The notes beneath the pieces were generated by a model, which was not told where the DNA came from, searched no databases, and saw only the letters and a program-made list of their open reading frames with translations. A program made the position numbers and the translations under genes. From positions 17,653-81,652 of the forward strand of contig CAYNHF010000021.1 of the NCBI GenBank assembly GCA_964397045.1: a stretch of 64,000 nt of DNA, read 5' to 3'. This document shows, one piece after another, positions 1 to 10,146 of this stretch (position 1 is its first letter; each line of letters starts with the position of its first letter). The stretch is from an uncultured Acidimicrobiaceae bacterium (lineage in GTDB: Bacteria > Actinomycetota > Acidimicrobiia > Spongiisociales > UBA5794).

Positions 1-179
1 TTCTTGGCGCCGTAGAACATCCGTCGGAGGCGTGCTTCAACTTCAGCCGCTTCCTCCTCCGAGAACTCGTATCCGCCGCTTGTCGACAGCCCCCGGATGC
101 GATCCGTCATGGCGTCCGAGTAGGTGTCCGCCTCAGATTTCTGACGGGTAGCCTGCTTGTCTTTCTTGCGTCTGAACAT
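1..179 (-). CDS. hypothetical protein, N-terminal part only (runs off the left edge)
   Basis: Read by hand: ATG at 179, MFRRKKDKQATRQKSEADTYSDAMTDRIRGLSTSGGYEFSEEEAAEVEARLRRMFYGAK..., no stop in the window; divergent from the 436 gene. Confidence 0.6.
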   Translation of the reverse strand, partial: MFRRKKDKQATRQKSEADTYSDAMTDRIRGLSTSGGYEFSEEEAAEVEARLRRMFYGAK

Positions 180-435
180 TGTGGCTCTATCGTCAAAAAA
201 CGATGCTCAACTGAGCGCTTTCTTGAAACCTACCGGTTCGCAGTGCCGAATTGGGGTGGCCGGTCGAAGTAGCCGAATGTGGACCTCCTGCCCAACGCTC
301 TGTGGGCCAGACGCCTCGAAATCTCTGATTCATTGTGGGCTAGTCACCTAGCGCATCCTGACAGGCGTTTCCTAAGATAGCTCTGCAGCAACGATTGCCA
401 GGACCGTTGTTGAATGTAGGAGGGGGAAGGACACC

Positions 436-2436
436 GTGGAGCTTTCTGCTTCATCTATCGAACGCACGACGTTCGACCAGGTCAAACGTGGTGGGTATGA
501 CGCCGAGCAGGTCGATGAGTACCTGCGACGCCTTTCGGACGCGGTCGCACGCGTGGAAGAGGCGATGGCGCGAGACCGCCGTCAAATGGGAGTTCTCCAG
601 CAGGAACTATACGAGACGCGCGTAGCGGCAGACCGCACCGCTGAGACGTTCCTGGCCGCATCTGAAGCGAAGGCCCATCTGATCGAGGGTGCCACGGCTC
701 GGGCCGAAGAGATTCTCGAGCATGCCTACCGGGAGTCGGGCCGCCAGGGCGACGTGCATCAGCTCGCAGTCGAGGAACTCGACAAGATCGGCGCCACCAG
801 AGTGGAGTCGGTCGCGCCGATGTTCGCTCCGCCGGCCGGAGATGACTCAGGTGATGGGGCACCCGGTGGGGAAGCCCAGGCAGAGGAACTCGTAGCGCTG
901 GCTCGAGCCGAAGCGGATTCGATCCTCGCGGCGGCCCAGAGCGAAGCCGACCAAGCGAGTCGAGATGCCGAAGATCGAGTCGATGCCGCCAGGGCGCTCT
1001 CGGGCGAGATGGTTGCGCAGGCTGAGGCCGAGGCCTCCCGCATCCTGGAGTCAGCCGAAGAGGTGCGTCTGCAGGCAGACGACGAGTCCAATCGGCTCGG
1101 GGCCGTCTCGATGTTGGCCGCCGCTACCAGTGAGGCACGCAAGGCAAGTGCCGAAGCCGAGGCGTTGCTGGCAGCGGCTTCCGTTGAAGCGCAGGGGATC
1201 CGCGACGAGGCCGGCGCCGTGCTGGCTGCCGCCTCGGCCGACGCAGATCGTATGCGGGGCGAGGCGAGCGCAGCTATCGAGTCGGCGAGAGAAGAAGCCG
1301 CTGAGATGGCGGTCGCCGCTGCCCTGGCAGACCACGAGGCATCCGTTGCCTCCAGTGCCGAGGAAGGCGAAGCCATTGTGGCGAGAGCCCGCGAGGAGGC
1401 AGAACAGATCACAAGGAGTGCACGGAAGGCTGCCGAAGCCATCCGACAGGCTGCCCTCGAGCACGATGTCGAGGTCGAGGGCCAGGCGGCGTCCGTCCTC
1501 GAGGCGGCCCAGCAGGAACTCCAGGCGGCACGGGACGAGGCTGCCGACTTGGTCAGGGTCGGCAACGAGTCCGCCGCCGAAGTTCTCGCGGGCGCCCGCA
1601 CCGATTCCGAGGAGATGAAGCAGCAGACCGAGGCGGAGTTTGCTCGCCAGCAGGAGGAGCTGCACGCTGCCGAGGCGGAGGCTGCCGAGATGGTGCAGCA
1701 GGCGAATGCAACCGCCGCCGAAATCCTTGCCGAGGCAAATATGAACTCCGAGAGAGTTGTTCAACAGACCGAGGTGGCATTGGTCGGCAAGCAGGAGGAG
1801 CTGCACGCTGCCGAAGCGGAGGCTGCCGAGCTGGTGCGACAGGCGAATGAATCCGCCGCCGGCATCGTGGCCGAATCCGCGACGCAGGCTGAAGAACTGG
1901 CCAGGCAGAACGAGGCAGAGCTCGATACCAGGCGGCAAGAGGTGCAAGCAGAACTCGATGAACGCCGGGCGCAACTCAAGGCCGAAGCGCAGGCTGCGCT
2001 GGACGCCGAGGCCCGCGACGAGTTCGACCGGATCGTGGCCGAAGCCAGAATGGAGGCCGCTGCGGTCGTGGATGAGGCGCACGAGCAGGCTTCCGGGATC
2101 ACCGCTGAGGCTGAGGCGGAGCACGAGGATCTGCTCATCAGGCTCCGCAGGCTGCGCGCGTTGGTCGAGCAGATGGAGGCCAAGCCGACGGGCAGGAAAC
2201 AGCCACCGGTGGATGACCAGGATGGCGTCGTTGTTGTGCTGGGTGGCGTGGGTACCGAACCAGATGTCGCCATCGACGACACGGCGAGCGGGGTCCGCCA
2301 GTCGCGCTACGCCCGACGCTCGGCGTCGCTGCCGAGTCTGGGCAAGGACGCAGGCAAGGTGCTCGAGGACATGGGTTCATTGCGCAAAGACGCCAGCAGA
2401 GGCAAGGCAAAGACTGCCGAAGGGGAGACTGCCTAG
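436..2436 (+). CDS. DivIVA-domain long coiled-coil protein (Scy/FilP-like architecture), 666 aa
   Basis: N-terminal DivIVA signature (F..V.RGGYD.EQVDEYL); A/E-rich coiled coil with three 47-aa repeats; purine-rich RBS before GTG. Confidence 0.8.
   Translation: MELSASSIERTTFDQVKRGGYDAEQVDEYLRRLSDAVARVEEAMARDRRQMGVLQQELYETRVAADRTAETFLAASEAKAHLIEGATARAEEILEHAYRESGRQGDVHQLAVEELDKIGATRVESVAPMFAPPAGDDSGDGAPGGEAQAEELVALARAEADSILAAAQSEADQASRDAEDRVDAARALSGEMVAQAEAEASRILESAEEVRLQADDESNRLGAVSMLAAATSEARKASAEAEALLAAASVEAQGIRDEAGAVLAAASADADRMRGEASAAIESAREEAAEMAVAAALADHEASVASSAEEGEAIVARAREEAEQITRSARKAAEAIRQAALEHDVEVEGQAASVLEAAQQELQAARDEAADLVRVGNESAAEVLAGARTDSEEMKQQTEAEFARQQEELHAAEAEAAEMVQQANATAAEILAEANMNSERVVQQTEVALVGKQEELHAAEAEAAELVRQANESAAGIVAESATQAEELARQNEAELDTRRQEVQAELDERRAQLKAEAQAALDAEARDEFDRIVAEARMEAAAVVDEAHEQASGITAEAEAEHEDLLIRLRRLRALVEQMEAKPTGRKQPPVDDQDGVVVVLGGVGTEPDVAIDDTASGVRQSRYARRSASLPSLGKDAGKVLEDMGSLRKDASRGKAKTAEGETA
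1516..1938 (+). repeat. three intragenic 141-nt (47-aa) tandem repeats
   Basis: E-L-[Q/H]-A-A begins at 1516, 1657 and 1798, an exact 141-nt period; copies 2 and 3 share caggaggagctgcacgctgccga. Confidence 0.85.
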
Positions 2437-2440
2437 GCGA

Positions 2441-4609
2441 TCAAGCAGCCGGGGAAGTCGGCAGGCGGAGCCGGAACGTACTGTGTCCGTCCTCGACGTA
2501 GTAGTCGAGGCTGCCCCGCATCACTTCCGCGAGGTGCCGGCTGACCGTGAGACCGAGACCAACCGAACCGGGCAGCTTCTCGCCGTCGGGTGCTCGATGG
2601 TACGGATCGAAGATCGAGTCCCATTGATCGGCCGATAACCCTGCTCCGTGGTCCTGCACGAGCAACTCGACCTGGTGGTCCGCCGTCTGTTCGACCGAGA
2701 TATGCACCGGCGCCGTCCCGTAACGTGCTGCATTGGACAGCAGGTTGCGGAGGATCTGCCGTACCCGAAACGGGTCGGCATGAGCATTGGGAGCAGTGCT
2801 GAGATCAACGTGGGCGGTTCCCCCGGTCCACACGTCGAGCACCTGGCTCACCTCTACTGAGAGGTCGATCGTGCGAGGCTCCACCACGACCTGGCCTCGC
2901 TCGGCTCTGGCAGCTACAAGCAGGTCATCGATGAGGTCTGCCATCTCGCTGCTCTGGTCTGCGATGAGGCGAATGAACTCCTGCTGCTCCTCTGGTCCGA
3001 ACGCTGCTTGGTTGAATCGGAGCTCGGTCGCCAGCCCGACGATGGCGGTGAGCGGGGTGCGCAGCTCGTGACTCACTGAGGCAACGAGATCGTCCTTCGA
3101 CTTGAGGAGCGACTCGAGCTGGTGCTGCACCAGCTTCTGTTCGGTGACCTCGCGGACGGTGACGAGAGCGTGGGTGTCATCGATTCGGCTGATCGTTGCA
3201 GAGAAGAACCGTTCTGGTGGCGACCCGGTGAGGCCAAAGTCGAAATGGGCAGGTTTGCCCAGGTCGAGCACGGTCCGTACCTGTTCAAGGAGCGGAGCGG
3301 CGTGGTCGGGGAACAGATCGGTGACGGTGCCGTGGACCGCCTCCGACACCGGGCCGACCCCTCGCGGGGTCTTCGCTGGACGAAACGACCGGATTGTTCC
3401 GCCACGATCGACGCGAAGCATCATGTCGGGGATGGCATCCAACAGGGCGGAATTCTCCGACTCTGTCTGGTGCAGCGCGACTATTGCGTTGTGCCGCTCC
3501 GTTACATCGACGAACTGGGCGAGGATCGATCGCGGTTTGTCCCCGGGCCCGGTTACCGCTGAAGCACTGATGAGCGCCCACCGCATGGGGTCCGGGACGA
3601 GGGAAAGGCGTCGTTCCCCGAGCAGATGGGTCGACTCGACCCTACCCAGCGCTTCCAGCATGGCGAGATCGTCGTGCTCGAGATCCCAGATGTCTTGCAG
3701 CGTCAGGCCCTGCAACACTGACTCGGTGGTTCCCAGCAAGCGGCAAATCGCAGGGTTGGCGCGGCTGATCCGAAGCCGGTCGTCTGCGATGACCATACCC
3801 GTCGGAGCCTCCGCGAATGTGCCCCGAAACAGAGCTTCCGATTCGGCGAGTTCCTCGGCGACCCTGGTTCGATCGGTGACGTCGAACACCTGGCTGGCGA
3901 TCGCAAGGAGCGAGCCATCGTGGCGCCGGATCGCGGAAGAAGCGATGAGCGTGTGGAGATAGTTTCCTTCGGCATGACGCAGCCGTCGTTCCACCTTGTA
4001 GGAATCGAGGACCCCGGACCGCATCTCTGCCATGAGTCCCAGCGCGTCCGGCAGTTCATCCGGGTGGATGAACCGTGCCGCGGAACCGATCAGCAACTCC
4101 GATTCTCGGACGCCGAGCATCTTGCACAGGGCTGTGTTCACCTGTTGCATCACCAGGTCCGGGTCCATGATTGCCAGGCCCTGGGGGGCATGGCGGAACG
4201 CGCTGCTGAACCGTTCCTCCGCCGCTTCCAGCGCGGCCTCGATCCGGTGGCGATCGGTCACATCTTCGAGGACTCCTTCCATGAAGCGGGCCCGGCCGAA
4301 CTGGTCCTCCACCGTACGGGCCGTCACCCGGACCCAGATGGTGGTTCCATCCCTGCGGCGCAATTCCACTTCGTGGGGTGGAATGTCCTCGCCTTCCTCC
4401 AACCGGATGACGAGGCTGCCGCGGAGATCGGGATCGGCGTAGAGATCTGACACGGTGACGCTGAGAAGGTCGTCTGCGGAATCGAAGCCGAGCATCTCGA
4501 CGAGCGCACTGTTGACCATGACGAGGCTCCCGGATGGGGTTGTTCGGTAGGCCGCGACTGGAAGGTGCTCGATGAACTCGAGCAAGTCCGATTCGCGAAG
4601 CAGTGCCAC
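2441..4609 (-). CDS. multi-PAS/PAC sensor histidine kinase (orphan), 722 aa
   Basis: Several PAS/PAC segments (e.g. DVTDR, VREVTEQK), HisKA SHELRTPLT, HATPase NLLSNAARYG, DHGAG, GLGL. Confidence 0.9.
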   Translation of the reverse strand: MALLRESDLLEFIEHLPVAAYRTTPSGSLVMVNSALVEMLGFDSADDLLSVTVSDLYADPDLRGSLVIRLEEGEDIPPHEVELRRRDGTTIWVRVTARTVEDQFGRARFMEGVLEDVTDRHRIEAALEAAEERFSSAFRHAPQGLAIMDPDLVMQQVNTALCKMLGVRESELLIGSAARFIHPDELPDALGLMAEMRSGVLDSYKVERRLRHAEGNYLHTLIASSAIRRHDGSLLAIASQVFDVTDRTRVAEELAESEALFRGTFAEAPTGMVIADDRLRISRANPAICRLLGTTESVLQGLTLQDIWDLEHDDLAMLEALGRVESTHLLGERRLSLVPDPMRWALISASAVTGPGDKPRSILAQFVDVTERHNAIVALHQTESENSALLDAIPDMMLRVDRGGTIRSFRPAKTPRGVGPVSEAVHGTVTDLFPDHAAPLLEQVRTVLDLGKPAHFDFGLTGSPPERFFSATISRIDDTHALVTVREVTEQKLVQHQLESLLKSKDDLVASVSHELRTPLTAIVGLATELRFNQAAFGPEEQQEFIRLIADQSSEMADLIDDLLVAARAERGQVVVEPRTIDLSVEVSQVLDVWTGGTAHVDLSTAPNAHADPFRVRQILRNLLSNAARYGTAPVHISVEQTADHQVELLVQDHGAGLSADQWDSIFDPYHRAPDGEKLPGSVGLGLTVSRHLAEVMRGSLDYYVEDGHSTFRLRLPTSPAA

Positions 4610-4750
4610 GTGCCTATTCCCCTCGACCAGAGCGCCGGTGCGTTCAGGGGTTCATCGGCGAGCAGCAGCCGAGACTTCAATGGAGTTTTGCGCGAAGCGC
4701 GCCCGCCGCTTCACCGAGCCGACGGCCCGCTCGGCAACCGCAGGGCGAAG

Positions 4751-6940
4751 TCAACCGCGGAATCGTTCCCCGGACTCAGCGTGAGTTCGCAAGATGTCTG
4801 CCGGTTCGAACCGGTTGCCGTACGCGATGGCGAGTTCGTCCATCCGAGTCACCACGGCGTCTGCGCCGAGAGTGTCGACCCACATGAACGGGCCACCTGT
4901 GTACGGCGGCCAGCCAAGGCCCAGGACCGCTCCGATGTCGCCGTCGCGGGCCGACCGCAGCACCCCCTCTTCCAGGCATTTCGCGGCTTCGTTGATGAAG
5001 GGGTAGAGCAGCCGGTCCTGGACGTCCTGGATGGGAGAATCGGGAGCCGGTTGTGCTCCAAGGAGGTCGTAGACGTCCTCATCGACGTCGCCTCGCTTGC
5101 CCTTCTCATACCGGTAGTAGCCGCGGCCGGCCTTTCTCCCGAGATATCCAGCAGCCACCAGCCGTTGCAGTGGCTCGGCCTCTCCCGTGCGTTCCCCGAG
5201 CGTGGGTGCGACGATGAACCCGATTTTGGCACCTACGTCGATCCCGACCTCGTCGCTGAGAACCGCCGGCCCCACCGGAAACCCGAACTGGGTGGCCGCG
5301 GCGTCGATGTCTTCGATCTTGGCTCCCTCTCCGACGAGTCGGAGGAACTCAGCCACGTAAGGCATGAGTACCCGGGTGGTGTAGAAACCGGGGCTATCGC
5401 TCACGACGATCACCGTCTTGCCCTGGGCTCGCCCGAAGGCAACACAGGTTGCCGTCACCCAATCGGCCGTCGTGTCCGTCACCACGACCTCGAGGAGCGG
5501 CATCTTCTCGACCGGGGAGAAGTAATGCATGCCAATGACCTGCTCCGGCCGTTTGGCCCCGGATGCGATCTCTCCGATCGGGATCGATGACGTATTCGAA
5601 GCGAAGATCGTGTCCTCGTCTGTTGCGGACTCCACGTCTTCGAGGATTGCCTGCTTCAGCTTGAGATCCTCGAATACTGCTTCGATGACGAGGTCCAGGT
5701 GTCTGAACCCTTCGTAGTCCACCGTCGCGGTGACCCGGTGCATCGCAGCCCTGGCTTCACCAGGGGTCAGTCGGCGGCGTTTCTTGCGGGCTGCCACCTC
5801 GCGTGACACATGAGCCAGAGCGCGCCCCGCGGCTTCGAATTCGACCTCCTTCAGACGAGTGGCAACCCTTGTGTTCAGCGTGTTCACGGTGGCGATTCCA
5901 GCGCCCATGAGGCCGCCACCGATCACTCCGACCCGCGACACGGGACGAGCGGCAGTGTCGCCAGTGACTCCACTTTCATGCTTCATCTCCTGGGTCGCGG
6001 CGAAGATCGACCGCAGCGCCTTCGACTCCGGGGACGTCACCAGCGGGGCGAACTGCCGGACTTCCTCTGCATAGCCGGCTGCGGCTCCCTCGTCTATCCC
6101 GACCCGAATCGCGGTGATGGCGGCGGGAGCGGCCGGGTAGTGCCCGCCCGTCTCGGCCAGCATCCGCTCTTCTGCCTTCGAAAAGAGCAGCTTGCGACCT
6201 ACCGGGTTCTCTTCGAGCGCCAACTGCTGGAGGTGCGAAGGGGCAAGCCAGGTCTTCATGCGCGTTGCGCGCCCGGGTTGCGACACGCCTGACCCTGCAG
6301 CCTCCAGCACCCGGCGGCGCGCTACCTCGACGAGGACTTCCTTGGGGCACACCTCGTCGACGAGTCCTATGGATCGCGCCTTGCGCGGGCGGACGGACCG
6401 GCCGGTGAGGATGAGGTCGAGTCCTGCGGCGATGCCGACCAGTCGTGGCAGGCGCTGGGTGCCGCCGGCGGCAGGTATCAATCCGAGCCTGGTTTCGGGC
6501 TGCCCGAACTGGGTCACTGTGGCATCGTCCGAAGCGATTCGGCTGCTGCAGGCCATCGCGAATTCCAAACCGCCGCCCAGACATGCGCCGTGAATGGCGG
6601 CAATCACCGGCTTGCCGTGCTCGGTGCTGAGGGCTTCGAGTCGACCGAATACCTCCTGAGCTGCGACGATTCCGGCTGCGGCCTCTTCCGGCGTCTGAAT
6701 AGTCGCCAGCCAGCGGAGGTCTGCGCCGACGATGAAGCTGTTCGGCTTCGCTGAGGTGATCACCACCCCGACGATTGCATCGTCGGTTTCACAGCGATCG
6801 ATGATGGCGGCGAGGTCCTCCGTCAGTTCTGGGGCCAGCGAGTTGACAGATTCACCGGCCCGATCGATCCAGACGACGGCCACTCCATCGGTGCCTACGT
6901 CGATCGAAAAGTGTTCGAGCCTCGAGTCAGTGGTGGACAC
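4751..6940 (-). CDS. fadJ: fatty-acid oxidation complex alpha subunit (enoyl-CoA hydratase/3-hydroxyacyl-CoA dehydrogenase)
   Basis: Crotonase motifs (GACLGGGLE, PETRLGLIP), Rossmann GGGLMG, ASNTSS, GMHYFSPV; GTG start at 6940 preferred to the ORF-track start. Confidence 0.9.
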   Translation of the reverse strand: MSTTDSRLEHFSIDVGTDGVAVVWIDRAGESVNSLAPELTEDLAAIIDRCETDDAIVGVVITSAKPNSFIVGADLRWLATIQTPEEAAAGIVAAQEVFGRLEALSTEHGKPVIAAIHGACLGGGLEFAMACSSRIASDDATVTQFGQPETRLGLIPAAGGTQRLPRLVGIAAGLDLILTGRSVRPRKARSIGLVDEVCPKEVLVEVARRRVLEAAGSGVSQPGRATRMKTWLAPSHLQQLALEENPVGRKLLFSKAEERMLAETGGHYPAAPAAITAIRVGIDEGAAAGYAEEVRQFAPLVTSPESKALRSIFAATQEMKHESGVTGDTAARPVSRVGVIGGGLMGAGIATVNTLNTRVATRLKEVEFEAAGRALAHVSREVAARKKRRRLTPGEARAAMHRVTATVDYEGFRHLDLVIEAVFEDLKLKQAILEDVESATDEDTIFASNTSSIPIGEIASGAKRPEQVIGMHYFSPVEKMPLLEVVVTDTTADWVTATCVAFGRAQGKTVIVVSDSPGFYTTRVLMPYVAEFLRLVGEGAKIEDIDAAATQFGFPVGPAVLSDEVGIDVGAKIGFIVAPTLGERTGEAEPLQRLVAAGYLGRKAGRGYYRYEKGKRGDVDEDVYDLLGAQPAPDSPIQDVQDRLLYPFINEAAKCLEEGVLRSARDGDIGAVLGLGWPPYTGGPFMWVDTLGADAVVTRMDELAIAYGNRFEPADILRTHAESGERFRG

Positions 6941-6953
6941 CGTGTCCGTCCTT

Positions 6954-8261
6954 TCAGCGTTCGATGATGAGGGCGGCGCCGAGGCCTCCCGCAGCACATT
7001 GAGTGATCAGCGCGGTTCCGGCGTCGCGCCTGTTGAGCTCGTTCGCCATCGTGAGCGCCTGGCGGGCTCCGGTCGCAGCGAACGGATGACCCAGCGAGAT
7101 CGATCCGCCGTAGAGATTGAGCCGCGCTTCTTCGATCTCGCCTGTGGCTTTGGTGCGGCCGAGATGCTGTTCGGCCCAGGCCGTAGAACCGAACGCTTGG
7201 AGGTTCGACAGCACCTGGGCGGCAAAGGCTTCGTGCATATCGATCACGTCGATGTCGGTGAGCGACATGCCGGCCCGATCGAGGGCGACTGGGGACGCAA
7301 AGGCGGGCCCCATCAGCATCTGCCAGCCGGGATCGAGCGCCGCGAAAGCCCACGAGCGGATGAAAGCCAGTGGCACGATTCCCAGCGCTTCGGCGGTCGA
7401 TTCCTCCATGAGGACCACTGCGGCTGCTCCGTCTGTGAGCGGCGAGCTGTTGCCTGCAGTCACGGTGCCGTACTTTCGATCGAAGACGGGCTTCAGCTTG
7501 GCCAGTTTCTCGAGCGTACTGTCCGGACGAGGGATGTTGTCACGCTCGACGGTGGTGCGGAAGGCGGGACCAACGGCGAACGGCATCACCTCATCGTCGT
7601 AGATGCTCTTCTCCCATGCCTCGACTGCTTTGCGGTGCGATTCGAGGGCGTACTCGTCTTGTGATTCCCGTGAGATCCCATTCTCCCGGGCCATCTTCTC
7701 CGCGGCATCACCCATGGTGAACCCCGTTGCCTTGTCTGCCAGAGCGGGGGCGCGTGGAGCGAGGTGCGACGGCCGCAGCCGGGAGAATGACTTGATCTTG
7801 CCTGCCACGTCCTTGGATGCATTGGCCGCCATGAGTGCGCTCACCACTGCGTCGTCGTAGAGCAGCGGCGGCCTTGAGAGACTATCGGTACCACCCGCGA
7901 TCACGATGCTCGCATCACCCGCCAGGATGGCACCGGTGCCGCTGACGATGGCCTGGGTCGAGGTTGCGCAGGCCCGCGACACCGAGTAGGCGTCGATCGT
8001 GCGGGGGAGACCGGCGGCGAGCACGATCTCACGAGCGACGTTGGGTGCGGTGACGTCACCCACGACCGCGCCGAAGATGAGCTGGTCGATCTGATCCCCC
8101 GTCAGCCCAGTTCTGGCCATGAGCTCGGTGACGAGCCCGCTGGCGAGATCGAGAGCACTCAGGTCTCGATAGTCGGTGCCGGACTTGAGGAATGGCGTTC
8201 GAAGACCCGCCACGATGGCGACCCTGCGTCCGTTGACCTTGCCTGGGTTGTTCTTGACCAT
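6954..8261 (-). CDS. fadI: acetyl-CoA C-acyltransferase (thiolase, FAO beta subunit)
   Basis: SRACATS, HEAFAAQ, GHPFAATG, CAAGG motifs; directly upstream of the alpha subunit. Confidence 0.9.
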   Translation of the reverse strand: MVKNNPGKVNGRRVAIVAGLRTPFLKSGTDYRDLSALDLASGLVTELMARTGLTGDQIDQLIFGAVVGDVTAPNVAREIVLAAGLPRTIDAYSVSRACATSTQAIVSGTGAILAGDASIVIAGGTDSLSRPPLLYDDAVVSALMAANASKDVAGKIKSFSRLRPSHLAPRAPALADKATGFTMGDAAEKMARENGISRESQDEYALESHRKAVEAWEKSIYDDEVMPFAVGPAFRTTVERDNIPRPDSTLEKLAKLKPVFDRKYGTVTAGNSSPLTDGAAAVVLMEESTAEALGIVPLAFIRSWAFAALDPGWQMLMGPAFASPVALDRAGMSLTDIDVIDMHEAFAAQVLSNLQAFGSTAWAEQHLGRTKATGEIEEARLNLYGGSISLGHPFAATGARQALTMANELNRRDAGTALITQCAAGGLGAALIIER

Positions 8262-8353
8262 GGGTCCTCACAGACTTTGAGCGATCGTTCCAATTCTGGC
8301 ACACCTCCCGCCGCGCCGATCCGCAGAGCCCCACACGTGGGTATGGTCGTGAC

Positions 8354-9115
8354 ATGGCCTGGTTCGACTGGGGTTGGTTGAGGAGCCTGCTGGCGTGGTT
8401 CAGCCCCCCGCGGCAGCAGGGAGCGTCGTCGTTCCACCTCTTCTGGCGGGGGGTGCCCGACGATGTGGTTGTCGCCGCCGCGACGCTGGAAGTCATGGAA
8501 CGCCCGACGGTCGACGAGTTGTACTTCTGGGCGCTGCAGGTGTCGTTCGATGGCCCTTCCGGGCGAACTGGCGGTGCCCACCTCGGACTGCAACACCATC
8601 CCGGCTACCCGGAATCATCTGCGGCGAACTGGGGCGGGTACGACGACATTGCCGGTGGCACGCTGGAGGGCACCGCGTCGGACCTTCCATCTGCCCTCGG
8701 CAACGAGAACACTCGAACCTACCACTGGGAGGCGCAGCGCCGCTACCGGCTCGAGATCTCTCGAGCACCTTCCGGATGGTGGCAGGGGAGTGTCACCGAC
8801 CTGGCGTCTGGAGACACCACCGCCATTCGCGAACTCAACGGTCGAGACGGTGATCGGCTGGTCGGACTCGCAGTGTGGTCCGAGGTGTTCGCGCCGTGCG
8901 ATGCCCCCGCGACGACTGTGCGTTGGGCCGACCTCGAGTACACCACTGCTTCGGGGCAGCGCGGCGCTCCACTCGGCCTCGAGGTCAACTACCAGGCGCA
9001 GTCCGCGGGCGGCTGCGCCAACACCGACTCCTACCTCGAAGGCGAGACTGCGCTGCAATCGACGAACACGAAGCGGAAGACGCCTCAGGGCACCTACCTC
9101 CGGTGGCCCAGCTAG
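8354..9115 (+). CDS. hypothetical protein, 253 aa
   Basis: Fills the gap, aromatic/Gly-rich globular-looking sequence; TATGGT 6 nt before ATG. Confidence 0.7.
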   Translation: MAWFDWGWLRSLLAWFSPPRQQGASSFHLFWRGVPDDVVVAAATLEVMERPTVDELYFWALQVSFDGPSGRTGGAHLGLQHHPGYPESSAANWGGYDDIAGGTLEGTASDLPSALGNENTRTYHWEAQRRYRLEISRAPSGWWQGSVTDLASGDTTAIRELNGRDGDRLVGLAVWSEVFAPCDAPATTVRWADLEYTTASGQRGAPLGLEVNYQAQSAGGCANTDSYLEGETALQSTNTKRKTPQGTYLRWPS

Positions 9116-9185
9116 CCCACCCGCGGTGGTGGCGGAGGCGGAGAGATGACCTTCGGGTCTGTGGTGTTGTCTGCGAAGACGGGGA

Positions 9186-9395
9186 TTACGCGTCGAACTT
9201 GAACGAAACCTTGAGCTTGGTTCGATAGGCGACGACCTGGCCATCTTCACCGAGGTGCAGATCGAGGGCGCTCACTTCGGCTATCCGCAGATCGCGAAGC
9301 GACGAGGCTGCCTTCTTGATCGCGACCGCCGCGGCTGCCTCCCATGACTCACTGCTCGAGCCGACGATCTCGACGACCTTGTAGACGCTGTCCAT
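9186..9395 (-). CDS. dodecin (flavin/CoA-binding)
   Basis: MDSVYKVVEIVGSSSESWEAA...YRTKLKVSFK, 69 aa, typical dodecin. Confidence 0.9.
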   Translation of the reverse strand: MDSVYKVVEIVGSSSESWEAAAAVAIKKAASSLRDLRIAEVSALDLHLGEDGQVVAYRTKLKVSFKFDA

Positions 9396-9523
9396 TCCTG
9401 CTCCTCTCCCCGGCCGCGTACCGGCCGGAAACCCGTTTCTCCATCGTGAGAGGTCAAAGGACCCGGGTCCAGGGCCGGAATGCCTTTGCCTGCCGAATGA
9501 TCCCCTCGGAAGCTGCACGTGCT

Positions 9524-10036
9524 TCAGGCGGGAAAGTCGAGTTCGCCGGCCTCGATCGGCACCTGCAGCCAGTTCTCCGCCGGAGGGAGTGGGCAGGAGT
9601 AGGCATCGTCATAGGCGCAGAAGGGGTTGTAGGCGAGATTGAAGTCGAGGGTGATGGTCCCATCCTGCCGGGCCTGGAGATCGAGGTAGCGTCCGGCTCC
9701 GTACGTCTCGCCGCCGGATGTTGCGTCGCGAAACGGGAGGAACCAGCCCTCGTGTCCGGTGTCGTAAAGGGCGAGTTCGACCTCAGATCCATCGACCTGA
9801 AACGACACCGTCCCTGCCCTGGCGTACATGCGGCTGGCGCCGTCGGAAGTCTCGACGCGAAAGCTGGTGCCATCGCCGGGTGTCACCGCCAGGTCGAACA
9901 CGAGCTGCGGATTTGGCTCGAAGTAGCGCAATCCTGTGAAGCCGCGACGGGTTTCTGGAGAGAGCGGTGAGTGCGGGGAGCAGCCGAGGAACTCGTCCTT
10001 GTTGGCGCGGTATGCGGCGAGTTGGGTGACGTCCAT
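9524..10036 (-). CDS. DUF1684 family protein
   Basis: FLPFRDATSGGETYGAGRYLD and LDFNLAYNPFCAY...CPLPP motifs; ATG at 10036. Confidence 0.85.
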   Translation of the reverse strand: MDVTQLAAYRANKDEFLGCSPHSPLSPETRRGFTGLRYFEPNPQLVFDLAVTPGDGTSFRVETSDGASRMYARAGTVSFQVDGSEVELALYDTGHEGWFLPFRDATSGGETYGAGRYLDLQARQDGTITLDFNLAYNPFCAYDDAYSCPLPPAENWLQVPIEAGELDFPA

Positions 10037-10146
10037 GCCGGGCACAACCGGTGCCCGGTAGGCGTATTCCCTGCCGCGGTCCCCGACCGCATCGTTTGCC
10101 GCGGCGTGGCAACGCACGGACGCTGTGACCGAATAGGCTGGGGGCG

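Noticed and set aside
4565-5590. Long antisense or alternative-frame ORFs (also 9883-11094, 33801-35375, and the 42773-43408 extension)
   Set aside because: Shadows of well-supported genes in GC-rich DNA, with no motifs or start signals
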